Below, one piece after another: positions 24,201 to 30,300 of a stretch of 64,000 nt of DNA. The notes beneath the pieces were generated by a model, which was not told the origin of the DNA, did no database searches, and saw only the letters and a list, made by a program, of their open reading frames with translations. The stretch is from the IMG/VR virus record IMGVR_UViG_3300027899_000001, positions 186,001 through 250,000 of that record; one strand, given 5' to 3'. The position numbers were made by a program, and so were the translations under genes. Every line of letters starts with the position of its first letter. Position 1 is the first letter of the stretch.

Positions 24201-27200
24201 CAACTAGATTATCATTATACATCTGTATAGTAGTTATTCCTGTACTTCCTGATGTTGTTCCACTATATACATTTACAGTTTTATTTCCAACACTTGTATA
24301 TGTATGTACAAAATTATTTGCATTTAATATTGAACCATCTCCTAAATCCCAATTTAAAATTCCAGAAGAAACTGCAATTGATGGGTCAAATGCCAATATT
24401 GAAGCATTAGTTGTAAATTGAAGTACTTTTGATCCAACAATATCACAATTTATAAAATATATAAATGTAAATTCTGATTCTGCAAATATAGATTCAAGAT
24501 GAGCTATATTAGCATTCATAGAACAATCTGTAGGCGGTGAGTTAGTTCCGTTTGCTACGTTGACTGTTAAATTTTGATTAGGTGAATTACTACTATAATA
24601 TGTATCTAATTTTGCAAATATATCATCAACTGTAAATAAATCTAAATCACAATTATCCGCATCAAAATCAATAATTTGTTGATTTATTGTAGGTAATAAT
24701 ATAGTTGTAAGATTTGGATTGTTATAAGCATAGAAATATCCGCCTAATCCTGTAAGCCCTGTTAAATCTAATGTATTACTTAAATTACATTCATATGCCC
24801 AATAATATGTAAATACTTGAGATGAATCTGGATTAAGTATCTGTGTAAGATTTGAATTACTATAAACATAAAAACTTCCACCTAATCCTGTTAATCCTGA
24901 AACATTTAAAGTTCCTGTTAAATCACAACTATATGCACTATAATTTTCAAATATTTGTGTTGAAACTGGATTAAGTATTGATGTAAGATTTGGATTAACA
25001 TCAACACTAAAACTTCCACCTAATCCTGTAAGTCCTGAAACATCTAAAGTTTCTGTAAGATTACATTCATCTATATAATATGAATGGAATATCTCAGATG
25101 AAACAGGATTAAGTACATGTGTAAGAAGAGGATTATAACTAAGTGAAAATACTCCACCCAATCCAGTTAATCCTCTTAAATCTAACGTATCAGTTAAATT
25201 ACAATTATATACTTGATATGAAGAAAATGCCTGAGATGAAACTGGATTAAGTATATGTGTAAGAAGTGGATTATAACTAAGATCAAATCCTCCACCCAAT
25301 CCAGTAAGTCCTGAAACATCTAAAGTTCCAGTAATATTAGATAATTCTACATGATAAGTATTAAATACCTGAGATGAAACTGGATTAAATATTTGTGTAA
25401 GTGTAGAATTACTATAAACACTAAGTGATTGTAAATTTATAAGACTTGAAATATCTAAAAGTCCTACTAAATTATCTCCATTCATATTAATGCTAGTTAT
25501 TCCAGTACTTCCTGATGTTGTTCCAGTGTATACACTAACAGTCTTGTTTCCTACACTTGTATATGTATGAGTAAAACTATTTGAATTTACATAAGATGAC
25601 CCATCTCCTAAATCCCAATTTAAAACTCCTGAAGAAACTGTAAATGCTGGATCAAACGATAATGTTGAGGCATTAGTTGTAAATCTAAGTACCTGTGATC
25701 TAACGATATCGCAATTTATATAATACGTAAATATTTGTCCAGCTGAATCAAATATAGATTCAAGATGAACTATATTCGTATTTAATGAACAATCGGTTGG
25801 CGGAGTATTAGTACCACCAGCAACATCAACAGTCAAACTTTGATTCGGGGAATTAGAAGAATACCAAGTATCAAATTTAGAAAATATCCCATCTACTGTT
25901 AGTAAATTTAATGAACAATTATTAGCATTAAATATGTTGAATTCTCCTGATAATGTAGTGGGTAAAAGTATTGATGAAAGATTAGGATTATTATAGACTT
26001 CAAATCCTGATGTTAAATTTATAAGCCCCGATACATCTAATGTGCCTGTTAAATTACAATCATTAGCAGCATAATAATCAATAATTTGAGTTGAAGAAGG
26101 ATTAAGTATTGTTGTTAAATTTGTATTATTTCCTGCATAAAAAATACCTCCTAGATTTGTAAGTCCTTGTAAATCTAAAGTTCCAGTTAAATCGCAATCA
26201 TTTACATAATAACCAGTAAATACTTGAGATGAAACCGGATTTAATATAGTATTTAAATGTGGATTATAATTAACCCAAAACATTCCACCTAATCCGTCAA
26301 GTCCTGAAACATCTAATATTCCTGTAAGATTACAATTACCCGCACTATATGTATTAAATGAACGCGAAGAATCTGGGTTAAGTATTTTAGTAAGATTTAA
26401 ATTATAATCAGCAGAAAAATTACCGCCTAATCCTGTAAGTCCTGAAACATCTAATATTCCTGTTAAATTACAGTTATCAACTTCATAATGACTAAACGCT
26501 TGAGAAGAAACTGGATTACGTATTGATGTAAGATTTACGTTATTCTTAACATCAAAAACTCCTCCTAATTCAGTAAGTCCTCTTAAATCTAATGTATCTG
26601 TTAAATTACACTCAAATGCAAGATACGCGTTAAAAGGATGTGTTGAAACTGGATTAAGTATATGTGTAAGATTTGGATTTTTAGAAACTTCAAACCATCC
26701 ACTTAATCCTGTAAGTCCTGATACATCTAAAGTATCAGTTAAATCACACGTTTGCACATTATATTGTGTAAATACTTGAGATGAAATTGGATTAAGTATA
26801 TGTGTAAGATTAACATTTCCTATTGCTGTAAAATTGCCACCTAAATTTGTTAATCCACTAATATCTAATGTACCTGTTAAATTACAATAATTTGCATTAT
26901 ATAAATTAAATATTTGCGATGAGACGGGATTAATTATTCTATTAATTCCATAATTCTCATTAACAGTTAATTGTGTTAAAGAAATAAGAGAAGATATATC
27001 TAATACTCCTACTATATTATCATTACCCATATCTATTTGAGTAATACCTGTGCTTCCTGAAGCAGTACCTTTATACACTTCAACTGTTTTGTTTCCTACT
27101 AATGTATATGTATGTGAAATACTATTTGCATTTACATTACTTGATATATCACCCAAATTCCAACTAAGAATACCCGATGTAACATTGATTGCTGGATCAA

Positions 27201-27297
27201 ATATTAAAGTGGACGCATTAGTTATAAATCTAAATATAGGCATTCCGGGATGCCTATATTGAGATACTATTCCATGAGTGAGTATAGGGTTATTCAT
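12289..27297 (-). CDS. Giant modular PKD-like + leucine-rich-repeat protein, 5002 aa (putative adhesin/receptor-binding protein)
   Basis: 12 modules, each with a PKD-like domain (WDLGD...HTY...GNKTVxVY), tandem 46-aa double-LRR units (TGTLDVSGLTGLGGxFxVxxNPNLTxILNPVSSQxFxxYxAxxCNL) and a cap (VDDIFAKLDTWY...GGTNxPPTDC...YYINC). Confidence 0.8.
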   Translation of the reverse strand: MNNPILTHGIVSQYRHPGMPIFRFITNASTLIFDPAINVTSGILSWNLGDISSNVNANSISHTYTLVGNKTVEVYKGTASGSTGITQIDMGNDNIVGVLDISSLISLTQLTVNENYGINRIINPVSSQIFNLYNANYCNLTGTLDISGLTNLGGNFTAIGNVNLTHILNPISSQVFTQYNVQTCDLTDTLDVSGLTGLSGWFEVSKNPNLTHILNPVSTHPFNAYLAFECNLTDTLDLRGLTELGGVFDVKNNVNLTSIRNPVSSQAFSHYEVDNCNLTGILDVSGLTGLGGNFSADYNLNLTKILNPDSSRSFNTYSAGNCNLTGILDVSGLDGLGGMFWVNYNPHLNTILNPVSSQVFTGYYVNDCDLTGTLDLQGLTNLGGIFYAGNNTNLTTILNPSSTQIIDYYAANDCNLTGTLDVSGLINLTSGFEVYNNPNLSSILLPTTLSGEFNIFNANNCSLNLLTVDGIFSKFDTWYSSNSPNQSLTVDVAGGTNTPPTDCSLNTNIVHLESIFDSAGQIFTYYINCDIVRSQVLRFTTNASTLSFDPAFTVSSGVLNWDLGDGSSYVNSNSFTHTYTSVGNKTVSVYTGTTSGSTGITSINMNGDNLVGLLDISSLINLQSLSVYSNSTLTQIFNPVSSQVFNTYHVELSNITGTLDVSGLTGLGGGFDLSYNPLLTHILNPVSSQAFSSYQVYNCNLTDTLDLRGLTGLGGVFSLSYNPLLTHVLNPVSSEIFHSYYIDECNLTETLDVSGLTGLGGSFSVDVNPNLTSILNPVSTQIFENYSAYSCDLTGTLNVSGLTGLGGSFYVYSNSNLTQILNPDSSQVFTYYWAYECNLSNTLDLTGLTGLGGYFYAYNNPNLTTILLPTINQQIIDFDADNCDLDLFTVDDIFAKLDTYYSSNSPNQNLTVNVANGTNSPPTDCSMNANIAHLESIFAESEFTFIYFINCDIVGSKVLQFTTNASILAFDPSIAVSSGILNWDLGDGSILNANNFVHTYTSVGNKTVNVYSGTTSGSTGITTIQMYNDNLVGILDISSLSNLGGAFSVYGNSLLTQIVNPVSSQAFTTYHAYDCSLTGTLDVSGLTGLGGQFLVYNNSKLTKILNPVSSQIFTNYYAYNCSLNGVLDISGLTNFGGQLIVYSNPNLTNVLNPTTSRTFSVYQVNDCNLTGTLDLKGLTGLGGVFTVDNNPNLTSILNPVSSQNFIAYSVQNCSLNGTLDVSGLTGLGGSFATSAQSNLTQILNPVSSRLFTLYTVRDCNLTGTLDLRGLTGLGGQFLARYNPNLTQILNPNSTQVFTNYYVNNCSLNGTLDVSGLINLGGVFRAGNNTNLSRILLPTINRQFTSFDVSVCALDQFTVDNIFTKFNTYYSSNTPTGNLTINTIGGTNAAPTNCWDNTDIVNLRSIFTSAGRTLNIYINASCGSVPVGAKVLQFTTNASTLAFDPTFTTSSGTLNWNLGDGSTLNSNNFTHTYTSVGNKTVNVYSGTTSGSTGITEIDINTDNLVGTLDISSLINLNYFDVDSNPNLTSILNPISSQIFNTYYAYNCDLTDTLDLRGLTGLGGDFEVTTNPNLTSILNPISSQVFVAYYANNCNLIGTLDISSLTGLGGEFIVNNNPNLTHILNPISSQIFTFYYAYDCSLNGTLDLRGLTGLGGDFNVDGNQNLIQILNPDSSQVFTYYTAESCNLTGTLDVSGLTGLGGRMYINNNLNLTTILLPTINQEFIHFRANNCSLNLFTVDDIFAKLDTWYSSNTPTQDLTINTAGGTNAAPTDCSMNANIVHLESIFTGAGQTFTYYINSDCTPPVKILEFTTNASTDAFDPTFTTSSGILNWDLGDGSILNSNSFEHTYTSAGNKTVNVYAGTTSGNTSIIQIDMNNDNLTGTLDISSLSNLGGIFNIYSNPYLTQIINPVSSQIFTQYAVSGCNLTDILDISGLTGLGGNFIVDDNANLTSILNPVSSEIFTTYSVSNCNLIGTLDLTGLTGLGGGFQCDNNYNLTEILNPNSSQVFSYYQIIMSGLTNTLDLRGLTGLGNYVDIAYNFSLPEILNPVSSQVFNYYHVNDNNLTGILDVSGLTGLGGSFWASGNYGLTQILNPVSSQVFSQYEAYNCDLTGTLDLSGLSGLGGYFSLANNPNLNVIIFPTVFSQPFDQFNVQDCSINTATADSIFAKLDAYYLSNPPTGPLNVNMSGTKNAGPTDCSLNANIVSLEAQFLLYGQTFTYAINCTSPAQEPFLTFTTYAYSGPLSANFTGPSGTLNWDLGDASNNVNANSINHTYVNFGNKTVKVYPGTTSGAIDVSGVFIDTDGVINTLDISSFVNLSYFNVNFNSNLTHVLNPVSSTIFTNYMAQGCNLTDTLDVSGLTGLGGYFQIDNNYNLTKILNPNSSQVFTLYWLDNNNLTGTLDLRGLTGLGGDFRVDSNYNLTEILNPVSSQVFIEYIVSYCNLTGTLDLSGLTGLGGWVNINDNPNLTTVLFPTVNREYVVLLANNCALDLFTVDDIFAKMDTWYSSNTPTQNLTIDVAGGTNSPPTDCSMNANIVHLTSVFNSAGHTFTYYINCDLIFEFITNSSTHTFQPSLSTYSGILNWDLGDASNNVNANTFSHTYASTGDKTVKVYNGTTSGYSAISAVDFYENNIVGTLNLSNLIGINDYIQVAYCPSLNQIINPITSNVISSGYYCPWNNLTGTLDISGLTGLAFQFSVTRNPNLTHILNPDSSQPFSYYLANYCNLTDTLDLRGLTGLGGDLEITVNPLLTQILNPVSSQVFTEYDVNDNNLTGILDVSGLTGLSNRIRVENNVNLTTILLPTINNEFTFFNANNCALDLFTVDDIFAKFDTYYSSNPPTQNLEINVADGTNTSPTDCELNTNIVHLTSLFNSAGRTFIYYINCDAGEILRFVTNAYGTVYYPFDVYFNFTVSSGTLHWDLGDSNTRDSNNFDYTYSLAGDKTVILSKGTTNGSADITAMQLYDYSGIVGTLDISCLTNLTDFYTANDPSLNKIINPVSSQAYTRYRAVNCDLTGTLDVSGLTGLGGTFEVGNNSNLTRVLNPVSSQIFTTYDVYNSNITGTLDVSGLTGLGGYFDADSNPLLTHILNPNSSQVFDQGYWVYSCDLTDTLDLTGLTGLGSGFDADDNPNLTHILNPNSSQVFDQGYWAQLCNLTGTLDLTGLTGLGGDFEVHTNPNLTQILNPTSSQIFTNYYAYNCDLTGILDVSGLTGLGGDFEVYNNLHLTSVLNPNSSQVFTMYDVGNCNLTDTLDLRGLTRLGGDIYLNYNSNLTSVLNPTSSEIVTSYLIDNCNITGILDVSGFINLSDYLLFSDNINLNTLLLPTLNMPFTYINGNNCALDLFTVDDIFTKLDTWFTSNSPSNGLYVNLAGGTNAAPTDCSMNANIVHLESIFTGAGQTFTYYINCNPEPSVGFLRFTTNAPPAYEIALQFGVWSGILNSNLGDASNNVNSNNFTHTYTNSGNKTINVYPGTTDGSSGLRVIVLWFDYLTGILDVSSLNNLWQLRVDGNPSLTKIINPVSSTVFTSYSASGCDLTETLDVSGLTGLGGYFDVGSNANLTHIFNPVSSQIFTTYYAYDCNLTETLDVSGLTGLGTDFWVYNNPNLTQILNPDSSQVFTTYYAQNCNLTGTLDLRGLTGLAGNFYINNNPNLTQILNPVSSQIFTNYYAYNCSLNGILDVSGLTGLGGGFWVSGNSNLNTILNPNSSEIFTYYGATGCNITDTLDLRGLTGLGGNFYVYNNPNLTHILNPDSSQVFTGYQAYNCNLTGTLDVSGLTRLSGTFFINNNPSLNQILNPISSEIFTHYVVYNCDLTGILDLTGLTGLGGTFQAYNNPLLTQIFYPVSSQIFENFSVYQCNLTGTLDVSGLTELGGQFAASQNPNLTTILLPTINQEFINFYADNCALDLFTVDDIFAKMDAYYSINPPTQNLEINVAGGTNSPPTDCWNNINIDNLQSIFTVAGRTFTCYINCAEPSVGFLQFRTNASTNAFSTNFSVYGTLNWDLGDTSTSVDANVINHIYANPGNKTINVWPGTANGPEDVWQVTVGTDSIIGVLDISCLINLQYVNIVTNHDLTKIINPTSSQIFSTYYANNNNLTGTLNVSGLTGLGGYFDVNNNPNLTQIINPDSSQAFDYYAAYDCSLNGTLDVLGLTGLGGQFRVSGNPNLTQILNPVSSQVFVAYYAYDCNLTGTLDVSGLTGLGEQFLVYTNPNLTQILNPVSSQVFVNYWATNCNLTGTLNLTGLTGLGGQFLVSGNPNLTQILNPDSSQVFTNYYAYNCSLNGTLDVSNLINLSEQFHVYDNPNLTTILLPTINQQFSVFDVHNCALDLFTIDDIFAKLDAWYTLNGPTQSLEIHAERGTNSPPTAEWSNTNIVNLQTIFSNWGQGLLIHINLAPMVEFTTNAYGTLYHTYDIWFAYTTSSGTVETDMGDTTYMNFNNFEYIYSLPGDKHVRLLPGTTAGSTDVTGFDLNENAGVVGTLDLSNLTNLNQFRAAINPSLNTIINPVSSQSFASNFYYAYQSDLIGTLDVSGLTGLGGYFDVDTNPNLTSILNPISSEVFNWYYAHDCSLNGTLDLTGLTGLGGEFDVDSNSNLTKILNPVSSQVFTGYYAYDCNLTGTLDVSGLTNLSGYFEVYNNPNLTSILLPTINQHFNTFDVHNCSLNTSTMDDIFAKLNTWFSLNTPVGELYIDVSCGRGSGPTDCMYNSDIVNLQSIFTNASWLLTIIVNCESVAPIGFLSFTTEASTNAFDPNVTVSSGTLSWDLGDLTTQNANSFSHSYSSPGNKIVNVYNGTTSGPASIRYLYMDADNLVGVLDVSTLSILEDFEVYDNPKLTQIICASTNALFDYFNAWSCNLTDTLDLRPIKRLGFDFEVQNNPNLTEILFHSSAQDMEYFNAWDCNLTGTLDISGLTNINNYMNVHNNPNLTRILFPAFAGRFDTIDASGCGLDLFTVDDVLTKLDTWFTAHNPASYNSLTLNLSKGTNSIPTDSSMNTHLTSLVSIFNTAGATFKYYINE
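12300..27240 (-). repeat. Nested repeats: 138-nt LRR units inside 12 supermodules of about 0.8-1.7 kb
   Basis: 138-nt period seen in DNA (e.g. 23891 vs 24029). Module starts near 27240, 25700, 24430, 23010, 21885, 20615, 19635, 18645, 17080, 15400, 14140 and 13135. Confidence 0.85.
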
Positions 27298-27300
27298 ATC

Positions 27301-30300
27301 TTAAGTTAAATCTCCAAATAATGTCCAGTTTGTTCCAGAAATTGTATATGCACTTGCTGCACCGTACAAATCTACTATTGAAGTAAAAGAATCTCTTGAA
27401 CGAATAGTTACACCGCTGCCAGGCACTATAGTTAAAACGCCAGTACCTGTATTTACAATAGTTATTTGTGCATTTGTTACAGAAGAAGGTAATATACAAC
27501 TCTTGGCACTACTTGAACTAAATTCTATTATTCTATTATTATCACTTTGAAGTACAGTATATGATGCGCCAGTTTGTAAATTAACAGAAGCTTCTAATAC
27601 TTGAGCAGTTCCTTGAATTCCTTGAGCACCTTGAACGCCTTGAACTCCTTGTGATCCAAGTATTCCTTGAATACCTTGTGCTCCATCTGAAGGACCTTGT
27701 GTTCCTTGAGTTCCTTGAACACCTTGCAATCCTCCCTGAGGACCTTGAGGGCCTTGAATACTTTGAATACCTTGAATACCTTGTGGTCCAAGTATTCCTT
27801 GTATACCTTGAATTCCAATTATTCCTTGAATTCCTTGAGCACCATCTATTCCTTGAATTCCTTGAGCACTTTGAATTCCTTGAGCACCTTGAGCTCCAAG
27901 TATTCCTTGAGAACCAGTTACTCCTTGAATTCCTTGAGAACCTTGAACTCCTTGAGTTCCTTGAGAACCTTGAATTCCTTGTACTCCATTTATACCTTGT
28001 ATACCAGCAATACCTTGTATTCCTTGTGTACCTTGTATTCCTTGTGTACCCTGAGTACCTTGTGTGCCTTGAGTACCTTGTATTCCTTGAGTTCCTTGTA
28101 TTCCTTGACGTCCTTGAGATCCTTGAGCACCTAATGTACCTTGAATTCCTTGACTGCCTTCAATTCCTTGAGAACCTGTTATACCTTGACGTCCCTGTGT
28201 TCCTTGTGTACCTTGAACTCCTTGAGTTCCTTGAACTCCTTGAATTCCTTGAGTACCTTCTAATCCTTGTGTTCCTTGACGACCTTGAATTCCTTGAGCT
28301 CCTTGAGAACCTTGAAGTCCTTGAGAACCTTGAAGTCCTTGAGAACCTTGAATTCCTTGTGTTCCTTGTGTTCCTTGACGACCTTGAATTCCTTGAGCTC
28401 CTTGAAGTCCTTGTGTTCCTTCTAATCCTTGTATACCTTGAGTACCTTGAGTACCTTGAATTCCTTGACGTCCTTGAGCTCCTTGACTACCTTGAATTCC
28501 TTGACTACCTTGAACTCCTTGAACTCCTTGAATTCCAGTTGTTCCTTGCGTTCCTGTTATTCCCTGACGTCCTTGAATTCCTTGAGTACCTTGAGTTCCT
28601 TGTATTCCTTGTGTGCCAGTTAATCCTTGAATACCCTGAGAACCTTCTATACCTTGAATACCTTGAGAACCTTCAGTTCCTTGAATACCTTGAATTCCTT
28701 CTCCTTGAATTCCTTGAATTCCTTGAGAACCTTGAATTCCTTGAGAACCTTGAATTCCTTGTGTGCCTTGAGAACCTGTTACTCCTTGAATTCCTTGTGT
28801 TCCTTGAAGTCCTTGAGCACCATCTATACCTTGAATACCTTGAACACCAGTTATTCCTTGACGTCCTTGAGATCCTTGAGCACCTTGTATTCCTTGAGAA
28901 CCACCAATTCCTTGAATTCCTTGAGCACCTTGAGCACCACTAGTTCCTTGAGATCCTTCAGGACCTTGAGCACCATCAGCACCTTGTACTCCTTGCATTC
29001 CTTCTCCTTGAATTCCTTGTACACCTTGTGTTCCTTGTATTGCTATTCCTTGTATACCTTGAACTCCTACTCCTTGAGGACCTTGAATACCTTGTGCTCC
29101 ATCTGAAGGGCCTTGCGTTCCTTGAGCACCTTGAACACCTTGCAATCCTCCTTGAGGACCTTGTGGCCCCTGTACACTTTGAATTCCTTGAATTCCTTGA
29201 ACACCATCTATACCTTGAACTCCACTTATACCTTGAATACCTTGTAATCCTGTTATTCCTTGTATTCCTTGAGTTCCTTGAGCTCCTTCTATTCCTTGAG
29301 CACCCTCTATTCCTTGAATTCCTTGAACACCATCTAAACCTTGAATACCTTGAATACCATTAATTCCTTGAATACCTTGAGCTCCTTCTATTCCTTGAGC
29401 ACCATCTATTCCTTGTATTCCTTGTATACCATCTATTCCTTGAATTCCTTGAGTTCCTTGTGTTCCTTGAATACCGTATATACCTTGAATTCCTTGTACT
29501 CCTTGAGTTCCTTGAGTTCCTTGAGTTCCCTGTGTTCCTTGTATTCCTTGAAGACCATCAGTTCCTTGAATTCCTTGAATACCATCAATACCTTGTGTTC
29601 CTTGAGTTCCCTGTGTTCCTTGAGTACCATCTATACCTTGTATTCCTTGAGTACCAGTTATACCTTGCGAACCTTGAATTCCTTGAGTACCTTGAGTTCC
29701 TTGTGTTCCTTGACTACCTTGAATACCCTGAGTACCTGTTATTCCTTGACGTCCTTGTATTCCTTGAGCACCTTGTAATCCTTGAGCTCCATCTATTCCT
29801 TGTATTCCTTGAGCTCCATCTATTCCTTGAGTTCCTTGAGTTCCAATTGTTCCTTGAGCTCCATCTATACCTTGAATTCCTTGAGTACCCGTTATTCCTT
29901 GAGTACCTTGTGTTCCTTGTGTTCCTTGAGAACCTTGAATTCCTTGTGTTCCTTGAGTTCCTTGAGCACCTTGAATTCCTTGACGTCCTTGTATTCCTTG
30001 AGCACCTTGTAATCCTTGAGCTCCATCTATTCCTTGTATTCCTTGAGTACCTGTTATTCCTTGTGAACCTTGAATTCCTTGAGCACCTTGTGTTCCTTGA
30101 AAACCCGTTATACCTTGTATTCCTTGAGTACCTTGTGTTCCTTGTGCTCCTTGAGCACCTTGAATTCCTTGAGTACCTTGAATTCCTTGAGTTCCTTGAG
30201 AACCTTGAATTCCTTGACGTCCTTGTATTCCTTGTGTACCTTGTGATCCCTGAGCTCCATCTATACCCTGAATTCCTTGAGTACCAATTATTCCTTGTGA

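Noticed and set aside
12289-27297. Diversity-generating retroelement acting on the LRR protein
   Set aside because: No reverse transcriptase or non-coding template repeat seen in this window, and I could not show that variation is adenine-specific
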